From positions 18,602,001 to 18,666,000 of the forward strand of contig OZ076409.1 of NCBI GenBank assembly GCA_964187785.1: a DNA stretch of 64,000 nucleotides, read 5' to 3'. The stretch comes from Amphiscolops sp. MND2022. Taxonomy: Eukaryota. The notes below the pieces were generated by a model that was not told where the DNA came from, did not search any database, and saw nothing but the letters and a program-made list of their open reading frames with translations. Numbering within the stretch: the first letter of the stretch is position 1; the number at the start of each line of letters is the position of its first letter. The translations under genes were made by a program, and so were the position numbers. Shown one piece after another: positions 23,262-36,000 of the stretch.

Positions 23262-24094
23262 TATAGCACCGAAAAAGGGGGAGTTTCAACATATGATTCA
23301 TCCATTCATTTCTTACATTAGATTATTCGTTTCTTTGACTTCCCAATGTTTCCATTAATTATTTTTTCGGTGCGATCAAGGTGTGATACAAACTTAAAGT
23401 TGATTTACCTCCATATTGTTGATTTCCATTACTAGCATTCAGTTGCCCAAATTTCTTTAAAGTTCTCTACATTAATTAACAAGAATGATGATTACAAATA
23501 TCTTTTCGGTACATAACCTATAAGTTGTCAAATATCAAAAACGTTGAAGCGGGGACCCTTTGGGTAACACAAATTTTCGAAAAAAAATCTCACTATGCCA
23601 AAAAAACTTAAAGGGGGACCCTTTCGGATTTTTCAACATCTATGATGTCGCAAAACATCAAAAAATTGAAGACTCTTTGGCAGAAAAAACATTTTGGAAA
23701 AAAGTCTCACAATACCGAAAAAAAACTGAAAGGACCCTTTAGTCTCCCCCGGTATTGTATATTACGCGGAAAAAGAAGAAAAACCTTTTTGGTTCAGTTC
23801 GCTAGGCCAAATGATTCAATTTGGGACTATAAAGTTTCGTAGAACTTTTCAGAACTATTTTGGTCAGTTCATGTGGAAGGAAGAAAAATAGTCACTATAG
23901 CGCCGACTAAAAATTTTTTGATGATTTCTTTATCAAGTTATTCAAATTTCGTGACTTCAAGAAATGTCAGTGAAACGAGGGCAGTGAAAAAACGCCAAAA
24001 TTTGTTCAAACGCAAACAAATTCACAGGTAGCACGTTTGTACTGCCAAAACGTACAACCTTTTCTGAAAATTAGCAGTTGATTTGATTTAACAG

Positions 24095-27000
24095 TCGTTG
24101 GCTTCCCTCGAATCAATTGTGAAAGCTAACATTCTGACCACGAGGAGGTCACGACTGGGCAAAACGTTCATCATTCCACAAGAAGACTGCGACGAGCCGG
24201 GGCTGTATTGGTGCACTGATGGGTCTAACTGCCTTGCAATGCCTGACAAGTGCGATGGTTGGTTCGTTTATTTTTATAAGTGTCTTCCGTTGTTGAAATA
24301 GCTTGAAGTTTTTGCATGCACTTTAATGTTGTCAGTCAGCAACTTTTATAACGATTTTCTAAGACCCTTGCGAAAACTTTGATGCGGAAATATTTTGTCT
24401 GTTGTGTCCAGGGGTGTTCAATATTTGATACGAATCTTAGTTTTGCCACGAAACGAATTGTTTTATTTTCAAAGTGGAACAAAGAAATCGAATAAAAAAA
24501 CTTGCGATTCGAAGTTCACAGGGTTGAGTTTTTGGTGATGATCTCCCATGACACGTTTTGATTTACTAAAAAGTTGTTCCGCAATGTTAGAATTTGTTGG
24601 TATCCATGATATATTGATAATATCGGTTTTTCGTCGTTTTTTGACGAAATGATGGTATATGCGTAACTTGAAGAAGTAGTGCTATCTTCTACAATTTCCT
24701 TATCACGAAATTTTGTCGAAGTCTGATTTTGAGCTTCCGTTAGTTGTTTATTGAGAATTGTAGCAACAACTGCTTTTTCGGAATCGACAAAATTGCAAAT
24801 CGACTCACCTTCTTCATTTTTAAGCTCGTAGTTGAACTCAAGGTGAAATCTAGAATTATCAACAAACAATGCCCTTGCATCAGCAAGGTCAACTCCAGAT
24901 TTTTCTTGTCGTTTTTTGATGATTTCTCAATTTTTTCAAGCTCTTCGAGTAACGATTTCAGTCGATAATAGTCACCCATACTCGTTAGATACGGACTTAT
25001 GTCAATATCATTAATGTCAGTAAGAAGCTTCGACTCTAATTACCGTTTGAGCATCACAAAAGTCGATGACTACGTCGTATCGTTTCTCGTTCTGGGTCTG
25101 AGGGGAGTGGCCTTCCACGGAATTGCAGAATTCCTCATTAACCCCAATGTTTTCATTAGGTCGTTCAAAAAGGCTCAAACTCATGCAGATGCTGAATTAC
25201 TTAAAGATTGAGACTGTGACTGGAGCATCCAATGAACTTTGTGTCTAGTTTTTGGGCCAAATAAATTGGTAGGTGCATTATCTATAAGGAGAAACAAAAT
25301 ACCTCCTGAAGGTCTTCCGAATAATCCCATGAAATAATCGATAAGTTCCGCATGAGTATCTGCTGACAATTTTTCCTAAAATGCAGGGGAAAGAAAGGTA
25401 ATAGATCAATATTGGTATTCGATTGTCCCAAAAAACACCATGAAATGCAACGTAGTGGGTAGAGCTCGATGTTTTAGACCAGCCATCCATAATCAGGCCA
25501 AAACACGGCGACAAGCCTTTTTTAATTGAGTCTTTGAGTCAGTAGCCGTGACATTTTTCTGGAAGTTACATCTTTATTTGCGTATTTTCGGTTGAGGTTA
25601 CCGAACGAATCTTTCATAAACGAGTGAGGTTGGACCACGCAAAAAACCCACCCAGACAGGATTGAATGTTCTTGGTTTTTGATGATGCGCAAAAATCGTC
25701 AAGACTCTTATTCTGATCATAATTTCTTTTGATCTGTATGGGCGATCAAAACGTGTGCAAAAACAATATTGTTTATGAAATTCTTTTTGCATAATTGCAG
25801 TTTAAATAATCCGATGTTTCAACTCTTGTGTAAAAGAATTCTGCAATATCTTTCTTTTTAGTCGTGTTCATGGTTAGAATCAATATGAAATGAGGCTAAA
25901 ACTTATAAATGGGGGCACGACAATTCGTACACACGACATTTCGTACACACGACATTTCGTACACACGACATCTCGTACAAAAACCAAAACCAGACATTTC
26001 GTACAAAAGCGAAACCAGACATTTCGTACAAAAATAAAACCCGACATTTCGTGCAATTTATATTATACAACTTAATATTATGATGTAGTCAGCTATGTTC
26101 ACATACCCCTAGTGCCCTAAATGAGGAGCGAAGCGAAGCGGAGCGACGTGCCGTTTCGCTATGCCTCAATGTTGCTGCTTGGTGAAGGGAGCGAAGCGAC
26201 CGAGCCAAACAACGTATATGCTAATCTCTTTAAGTGAATCAAGTTTCATACAAATTGGCTGTAACAGCACTGAAAGCTAGTAATTCTGTTGTTTGAGACC
26301 TTTTTTGCAAATCTGTTCAATTTTTTTGTACGAAATGTCTTTTGTAAGAAATGTCCGGTTTCATTTTTGTACCAATTGTCCGTGTACGAATTGTCGGGTT
26401 TTTGGCTATTTTTTGAAATGTCGTTTGTACGAATTGTCGCGGTGCCCTTATAAATATGTTAGTTACGACAGCTTTGTTACAACTTAAATAAAAAATGAAT
26501 GGAATGTAGGCTGGTATTTGTTCAAGCACTGTCCGATATCCATTTACATGTACAAGGAACAGGCAACGCAACGGCTCGATTCCGCGTATCAAAATGGTCA
26601 ACTGTTCTCGAATTTAATTGGCTGACGATATGAGTCCTAATTCTGCATGCTTTCACTTCTAGTCATCTCAATCATAAATATTCTTACACATAATTATTCA
26701 CTGAACACGCCTGGTTGTGTCCAACTTCTATCAAGCTGCTTGAACGATTCGTCAAGGTTTTGACGGCAATTTTAGGCCTTGAAGTTTTGCAGGTTGCTGA
26801 AAAGTTGCTATCAGTTTTACCACTATTTTAATGCAAAATAACAGACGCGTGATAAACTGGAAATTTGCGTCTGGTTTAGCCTCCCAATTGAGAAGCGGTG
26901 ATCACATCAGATGAGTGGTTGAAAAAACAAAGTGTGAGTACAAAGTACTTGCAGTTGTGGAAAATGCAGAATAATTCTGCAAAGAGTTATCACCTGAAAC

Positions 27001-30000
27001 TTACTGAATTTTCTAGGTTTAATGAATACTTAACCTACATGCCGGCCTGCAGCATGTAAAAAGTTCCAGCAGACTCAACTAGGGTTACTATCAATCGTAG
27101 CTTTACCCCCAATATCAGCCACACACCCTCTGAATGCCCTCGATTGTGTAACCCGTTAATTGTAAAACGCCGTTATTTGACTTCACTTTTTGTTTCCATT
27201 CACGTAAGTCCCTACTCAGTTCTTTACTGAAGTTCCCTACTCGACGTGCCGTTTCGCTATGCCTCAATGTTGCTGCTTGGTGAAGGGAGCGAAGCGACCG
27301 AGCCAAACAACGTATATGCTAATCTCTTTAAGTGAATCAAGTTTCATACAAATTGGCTGTAACAGCACTGAAAGCTAGTAATTCTGTTGTTTGAGACCTT
27401 TTTTGCAAATCTGTTCAATTTTTTTGTACGAAATGTCTTTTGTAAGAAATGTCCGGTTTCATTTTTGTACCAATTGTCCGTGTACGAATTGTCGGGTTTT
27501 TGGCTATTTTTTGAAATGTCGTTTGTACGAATTGTCGCGGTGCCCTTATAAATATGTTAGTTACGACAGCTTTGTTACAACTTAAATAAAAAATGAATGG
27601 AATGTAGGCTGGTATTTGTTCAAGCACTGTCCGATATCCATTTACATGTACAAGGAACAGGCAACGCAACGGCTCGATTCCGCGTATCAAAATGGTCAAC
27701 TGTTCTCGAATTTAATTGGCTGACGATATGAGTCCTAATTCTGCATGCTTTCACTTCTAGTCATCTCAATCATAAATATTCTTACACATAATTATTCACT
27801 GAACACGCCTGGTTGTGTCCAACTTCTATCAAGCTGCTTGAACGATTCGTCAAGCTTTTGACGGCAATTTTAGGCCTTGAAGTTTTGCAGGTTGCTGAAA
27901 AGTTGCTATCAGTTTTACCACTATTTTAATGCAAAATAACAGACGCGTGATAAACTGGAAATTTGCGTCTGGTTTAGCCTCCCAATTGAGAAGCGGTGAT
28001 CACATCAGATGAGTGGTTGAAAAAACAAAGTGTGAGTACAAAGTACTTGCAGTTGTGGAAAATGCAGAATAATTCTGCAAAGAGTTATCACCTGAAACTT
28101 ACTGAATTTTCTAGGTTTAATGAATACTTAACCTACATGCCGGCCTGCAGCATGTAAAAAGTTCCAGCAGACTCAACTAGGGTTACTATCAATCGTAGCT
28201 TTACCCCCAATATCAGCCACACACCCTCTGAATGCCCTCGATTGTGTAACCCGTTAATTGTAAAACGCCGTTATTTGACTTCACTTTTTGTTTCCATTCA
28301 TGTAAGTCCCTACTCAGTTCTTGTAGTAAATAGTACGCCCTCAGGAACATCAAGTATAATTCAATTATCATCATCACAGTGACGAGGATTTTTTGCAGGC
28401 CAGACTTCAAACTGAATTGTTCACTTTCACAGATTTTTGAAACTTTTCAAAGAACACCCTGTTTGATCAGCGCACAGAGTTACGTTGGTGATTATGATCA
28501 TAAGATGAGTCACCATGATCGAAATTTTTCAAAAATTCGAAGTCCCCTCAGCGGAAAAATTTGAAATTTGAAACACATCAAAAAGTGTACAAGGAACAGG
28601 CAACGCAACGGCTCGATTCCGCGTATCAATATGGTCAACTGTTCTCGAATTTAATTGGCTGACGATATGAGTCCTAATTCTGCATGCTTTCACTTCTAGT
28701 CATCTCAATCATAAATATTCTTACACATAATTATTCACTGAACACGCCTGGTTGTGTCCAACTTCTATCAAGCTGCTTGAACGATTCGTCAAGGTTTTGA
28801 CGGCAATTTTAGGCCTTGAAGTTTTGCAGGTTGCTGAAAAGTTGCTATCAGTTTTACCACTATTTTAATGCAAAATAACAGACGCGTGATAAACTGGAAA
28901 TTTGCGTCTGGTTTAGCCTCCCAATTGAGAAGCGGTGATCACATCAGATGAGTGGTTGAAAAAACAAAGTGTGAGTACAAAGTACTTGCAGTTGTGGAAA
29001 ATGCAGAATAATTCTGCAAAGAGTTATCACCTGAAACTTACTGAATTTTCTAGGTTTAATGAATACTTAACCTACATGCCGGCCTGCAGCATGTAAAAAG
29101 TTCCAGCAGACTCAACTAGGGTTACTATCAATCGTAGCTTTACCCCCAATATCAGCCACACACCCTCTGAATGCCCTCGATTGTGTAACCCGTTAATTGT
29201 AAAACGCCGTTATTTGACTTCACTTTTTGTTTCCATTCATGTAAGTCCCTACTCAGTTCTTGTAGTAAATAGTACGCCCTCAGGAACATCAAGTATAATT
29301 CAATTATCATCATCACAGTGACGAGGATTTTTTGCAGGCCAGACTTCAAACTGAATTGTTCACTTTCACAGATTTTTGAAACTTTTCAAAGAACACCCTG
29401 TTTGATCAGCGCACAGAGTTACGTGGGTGATTATGATCATAAGATGAGTCACCATGATCGAAATTTTTCAAAAATTCGAAGTCCCCTCAGCGGAAAAATT
29501 TGAAATTTGAAACACATCAAAAAGTGTACAAGGAACAGGCAACGCAACGGCTCGATTCCGCGTATCAATATGGTCAACTGTTCTCGAATTTAATTGGCTG
29601 ACGATATGAGTCCTAATTCTGCATGCTTTCACTTCTAGTCATCTCAATCATAAATATTCTTACACATAATTATTCACTGAACACGCCTGGTTGTGTCCAA
29701 CTTCTATCAAGCTGCTTGAACGATTCGTCAAGGTTTTGACGGCAATTTTAGGCCTTGAAGTTTTGCAGGTTGCTGAAAAGTTGCTATCAGTTTTACCACT
29801 ATTTTAATGCAAAATAACAGACGCGTGATAAACTGGAAATTTGCGTCTGGTTTAGCCTCCCAATTGAGAAGCGGTGATCACATCAGATGAGTGGTTGAAA
29901 AAACAAAGTGTGAGTACAAAGTACTTGCAGTTGTGGAAAATGCAGAATAATTCTGCAAAGAGTTATCACCTGAAACTTACTGAATTTTCTAGGTTTAATA

Positions 30001-33000
30001 AATACTTAACCTACATGCCGGCCTGCAGCATGTAAAAAGTTCCAGCAGACTCAACTAGGGTTACTATCAATCGTAGCTTTACCCCCAATATCAGCCACAC
30101 ACCCTCTGAATACCCTCGATTGTGTAACCCGTTAATTGTAAAACGCCGTTATTTGACTTCACTTTTTGTTTCCATTCATGTAAGTCCCTACTCAGTTCTT
30201 GTAGTAAATAGTACGCCCTCAGGAACATCAAGTATAATTCAATTATCATCATCACAGTGACGAGGATTTTTTGCAGGCCAGACTTCAAACTGAATTGTTC
30301 ACTTTCACAGATTTTTGAAACTTTTCAAAGAACACCCTGTTTGATCAGCGCACAGAGTTACGTGGGTTGAAAAAGTTGTTCAAACCAAAAATCTTCAGTT
30401 TTTGCAAAACGTTGCGACCTGCATTATATTTAAACCATTCGGTTGAGAGTAACATTTAAACATACTTTAATGTTTCGTGTAAGAAAAGCCCTTTTATGAA
30501 TCGGAAAGGGTTTCTTGTCGTGAACTGCTCTAAAGTGTTTACAGGAGTGCAAGATTGTGATAACAATGAAGATGAAATTATTGATTGTCCCGTATCGGAA
30601 ATCCCCACCCCTGAGAAGCACGATCACCTGACTGGTAATGAAATGGGCATCCTAAACTACAGGTTGTACAATGAAATCAACTGGACTCTCCCTGATTGGT
30701 ATGATGCCTACACGCTCAGTGAATACGAAGATCTTCACGACTTATTCGACTTCACTCTGATGAGTCGTGAACTGGTAGATAAAATTGGTAAGTCAATGGA
30801 GTTTGAAAAGGAGAAAACGGAATAGGGTAACTAATTTGCACTTTCAAATCTGATTATTTTGGAATAGAATCGACGTTCTGTTGCTTTGTTATGTTGAACG
30901 TTCTTGGTTGACCCTAAAATGATGCTAAAATTTGAAAAAGATTTCGAACTTTCACATTTTTCATACAATTTTTCTGCAATTTTTGGGAGACTTCGCGGCT
31001 CAGAAGGTTCGAAAATTTAAACGACGAGGGAATTAGCTACCAGGTTGACCCCTATACTCAGAAATGGTGAATCATACAATGTCATTGTATGATCATGGTG
31101 GAAAATGATCATCATATTATGGTCATAGTATGGTCATATTATGACTAGCATGGCAACGATTATGATCATAGGATGAGTCACCATGATCGAAATTTTTCAA
31201 AAATTCGAAGTCCCCTCAGCGGAAAAATTTGAAATTTGAAACACATCAAAAAGTGACTCATTGGCTTGTTTTTTAGTTTTGGAAGTTCTAGGGTTACCTT
31301 AATGACCCGGGTAGCATTAAGGACGCTTTTCGGCACCGCGTTTTCTGAAGCCGCTGGGATAGGTAGCATTTTTTGGGATATCAGAAAAGGAATTTCAGGA
31401 TTTCAAGATGGAAAAGTGCTTATTTTAGATGATAAGAGTGTTATTTTGCCCAAGTTTTAGATATTATTCACATTTTAGAGACAAAACTATGCATAATTTT
31501 GATACTCTTCTGAATGAAATAGTGATTTTAAATTTTATTCCCGTCCTGAATTTTAGATCTTATTCCCGTCCTGAAATTTAGATCTTATTCTCGTCCTGGA
31601 AGTTTAGATTTTATTCCCATTAGAATATTTCACTTCTAAATTTTTGTTTTTATATAGAATTGACCCAGGTTTTACATCTGATTCCTATTTCAATAGCTGA
31701 TTTCCATAATTTAGCAGTTATTTTGCCCAAGTTTAAGATATTATTCTCAATTTAGAGACGAAATTATGCACAATTTAGATACTCTTCGCTGTGTTCCCAG
31801 AGTTTTCGATGATTTTAGATCAAATTGACCCAGGTTTTATATCTAATTTCTATTTCAATAGCTGATTTCCATAATTTAGTTGCTATTTTGCCCTAGTTAT
31901 AGATTTTTGAGACCCAACGGAGGCCATGGTCTCGTCGTGGGTCTCGTCAAGTGGAATACTATGTATCTCACGAGCTGAGTGCCTCCTTAAAAATACAGCA
32001 TAAGGACTCGGTAACTAATTTGTGAACTTTGTTTACAGGAGGTTGCCATGCCCGACGTCTCGACTTTCAATCTAGAATTCATTGTTCCTCGTACTATGAT
32101 CATGCTATGTTCATACTATGAAACATGATGCATCATACTATGAAACATGATGACCAAAGTGTGATCATACAATGAAACATGGTCGCCGTGGTACGGTCTT
32201 GGCATGATCATGATCATGGAATGACCATGATCATAGTATGATCATACTATGATCATAGCATGATAAGTATGTTTGGTCAGTATGTTTGGGTATGCAGTAC
32301 AAATTTTGGAAGAGAAAGTTGCAGGTTTTTGCACAAAAAAACTTCAGTGACATCAAAATTGTAAAAAAATTCCAAAATTCTAATATTTGACAACTTTATG
32401 CAATTTTTGTAAAATGTTCATAAAATTTCGTGGAGTTTAACGTTGAAAACGTTCGATAACGATTGAAACAAATGTCCAATCGACATTTTGTAAGAGATAT
32501 ATGAAGTTTTCTCTCAGAAGAGTGCCTCAAAATGATTCCAAAAAGCAAGTTTCGAAATTTGTTTTCCATTTATGCAAACTCTTTGCCAAATGGTTTGGGT
32601 AAAAATGCTCAAGAATCTCGACACGGAAAAGGTAGCTTTGGAGCAAACTTAGCCATTTTTGCCAAAAAATTCCTCAGACACAAAAACAGGTTAATGCCCC
32701 AAAGTTTGTCTGAAATTTATCAAACATTTCGAGAAATTTCGTGGATTTGATCGTTGAACTTGTTCAACGACGCAGAAATGGTTTTTCAGTACGCTTTTTC
32801 GAAAGGACTAATAATAAAAAAATCCAAAAATTCCTATCGTGGATTTTTTCAATGCAATTCGAGATTGTGTAGAATTTTGTTAGTTACAATGTTCAAGTAG
32901 TTCAAAGACAAGAAAACTAGCTATCAATACGCTTTTTTTGAAGAGATAACTGCAGTTTCGTGTTTGGAAAAGTGTCTCGAAAACAACACCAAAAAAGACA

Positions 33001-36000
33001 AAAAATCCATGAAAACTCGTATTTTTTGGCAATAAAGACTCTTAATTACGTTATTTAGGATACGTTATTTAGCAAAAAAAGAAGTGGCTTTTTTGACAGA
33101 AAAGTTCCTTAAAATGATAACAAAAAGGTCAAAATGTTCTAAAAGTACTCCCCTTCAATTTTTTGACGTTTTGCAACAATGGATGTTAAAAAATTCGAAA
33201 GGGTCCCCCCGGCGCGCCAATTCGATTCAACTAACGTCTTTAAATTTTCAAGATCGACTCATATTTCGAAAGTTTCTCATTTTAAGTTCCCAACAAATTC
33301 GGGGCTTTCCGGAGCTGTGAAGATCCAAAAGACTGAAAAGCAAAACTATGAGCTATTTTTTTTTTACTTTTCCTTTCTGAAAGATTGTGTAAAAGGAACC
33401 AAAATTTCCTGTTTCTGAGAACAATAGCGTAGTGGTTAAGGCTTTAGGTTTCTGGTAACACGGATTCAGGCTCAAATTTCTCTCAATTCATTACAGTTGC
33501 GTTTCTAACAAGCTCGTAATCTCTATCTCAGTAGATGGCCTTCGAAAAAAAGCAATTGGTGGATAAAACAAAAGTGAATCATCAACAACGGGCGGTCAGT
33601 CCTTCGTGACCTATGGTACTGTAGCTTGGTTTGGGGAGATGGCTTCGAGAAATGTACCGTATTCGACATCCCAGACCCTGCATATTTCGGGAAATGATTA
33701 TCTCCTTCTCTAATCTCAACTTTAGACTGTTTTTGTTGTCTGGATACTTCTTAATGTTTCAAGTGGGTACCGGTTTCCGTACAGTTTGGAAGCAAAACAC
33801 TGTGGCACTTCAATTAAGTGTTGCCTTTGAAAATGGGATGAGATCAATTGAACCCCGTTGTATATTTTGCATGGGTCTGTTCTATGATTCTTCACATTCC
33901 CATCGTGCCCTTCAGTAGGCAAGTTTTGGACTTCTGGAGCCTGACTCGGTCATTTTAGGAGTTGTCAAAGATGAATTCATTCATTCCTGCACATTTGATG
34001 GACGGCCATGTTCAAACTTATTCACGTTTGCTCATGAGAAGGTTGGTTATCTTTTATGCTTAGCTGTTCAATTATTTTGCTGTTGGTTGCGAAGAAAAAG
34101 TTTCAATTTTAATATGCAATGATTGCTTTTTCTCAACTCAGGAACTAATTTTATATGATGTCATCAATTCTGAACATTTATTCCGGAACTTTCGATTGTT
34201 ACACTCAGATTTTTGACTGAACATGGAACTCAGGGGAAAAATAATTCAAGTTTGTTATAAACTGGGCTATTTTAGTATGGAAATTGCTTCACTTTCAACT
34301 CTCCAATAAACTCTTCAACGTCGGAGTTCGACTTATCGCTCCTCAGGAGAACAGGTCAAACAAACCCTTCCTGGGGACTGAAGTTGACCTTGTTTGTGGA
34401 CGCCAGTGAGTACGTCGGGCTTTTAGGTCAGACTTTGGGAGTACCAGTGGCACTGCATTCTCCTCTGATTGAACCCGATCTCGTGTCTAACACATTCGTT
34501 GCGAGCGTAGGTAAACACGACACCACATTTCCACAAGTTTTTAGAACTTATGCCCTTGTTGAATCTGCTGTGTAGTTTTCCATGCTGTTTCCATGCGTAC
34601 AAGGGTCATTTTTTTACAAAACCTTGAAAATTCCGGGACCCTGCTGGGAAAAACTTTGTAGGATTACAAAGCAGCGTCCACTATTTCAATCAAAACTGAA
34701 AAAAATTTTACCTCTTCACTGTATCGATTATTTTGTTTTATATATTTTCCTTAATGTATTTAACCTATTTAATCACCGTAGGTCGAATTGCACGCTAAAG
34801 ATGACGCTACTTTGATGAACCTTAAAAAGTGACTGACATTGATTTACTCTAAAATGGCGGTAAAATTGATAAGGTTTCAGCTGCATTTAAAAATAGAACT
34901 GTTGCATTAAACAACTTGTAAAATTCCTTGACTCCGAGTTGCCAACAAATTTAGGTTGCATCTTTTAGGCAACTGAATCAGTGAAATTATGATGCATGGA
35001 AGATTCTTCGAGAGCTCTATCAAAAACAATAAATTGGCTTGGCAACTGACAAAAATTTCTAAAATGTTTCAACTTCACTTCGAAATTGCTTAATAGGGGT
35101 CTCAGTTTAACAAGTGAACATCGCAGAAAGTATTATGATGCTATTCTTTTTAAAAGCAAATATTGAAGCTCTGGTAATTTTATAAAACTTTCCAATTGTT
35201 TCGGAGTCAGTTGAAAGATCTTCGTAAAATCTATTCTCCATTTTCAATGATAGTATTCGAAGAAGGGTGCCGAACTGCTTATCTGGCGTCCATGGCACTG
35301 TATCGGGGAAACAAACTTCCTTCTTCTTGTATGACTAAAATACGTCATAGTATTTTTTGTTTTTTAGGAAAAAAGTTCTTTTCTGTTCCCTCACTTCTTC
35401 GAAAAAATTTTTTAAAAAGTTTTTCAAACTAGCCTAATTGAAACTGAAATCTTTTTCCATGACACAAAAACAGAAAGACAACTTCTATTAGAATAGTTTT
35501 TTGTTTGGGCAAAACACTTTTCACTCATTTTGATTGATTATGTTCGAAATGACTGTTTTTTGTCACTCCCAGAATGAAGCTGTTGATACCCTTCTTAGAA
35601 TTCAAGCATGCGTGACCTCATATGGAGAAATAGTGTGAATAAAGTTTATATCTGAATCATACACTGTCACATTGAAGTTCAATTTAAAATTCAAGGTTCC
35701 AGGTTTGGTTTTCAGTCTCTTTGACTTTGATATTTTTTAAAACTAAATTACAGGTTATGAGACGGAAATTGCAATTACCAGAACCACAATAACGCGAATG
35801 TCTGAGCCCTACTCCAATTGCATGGCAAACTACCCATCTTACCTGCCCGTTGATGAAAAAAAGGCCAATTACAGTTATCTCAAAGAACTGTGCGACAAAT
35901 ACTGCTATCAGTACCATCTGAACAAAGAGTGTGGATGCTACGACAGTTACTTGGTAGACACTGAAGAACTGTGTAAGTACTACAACTCAACGACTGCTAT

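Larger units (their letters stand above)
18868..23291. mobile_element. Rearranged Ty1/Copia retrotransposon internal region without intact LTRs
   Basis: Minus-strand gag-PR-IN-RT-RH (Copia order) at 22524-18868 is joined to a plus-strand copy of RT-end/RNase H at 22525-23261. Then PPT GAAAAAGGGGGAG (23271-23283) and TTTCAACA. Confidence 0.93.

Noticed and set aside
25914..26055. Short regularly spaced repeats resembling a CRISPR array (also 47585-47725, 48312-48430)
   Set aside because: They are inverted arms of TSD-flanked MITEs. No unique spacers, no cas genes, eukaryotic context.
26293..30288. Repeated identical 61-94 aa ORFs
   Set aside because: Products of the tandem duplication of non-coding repeats.
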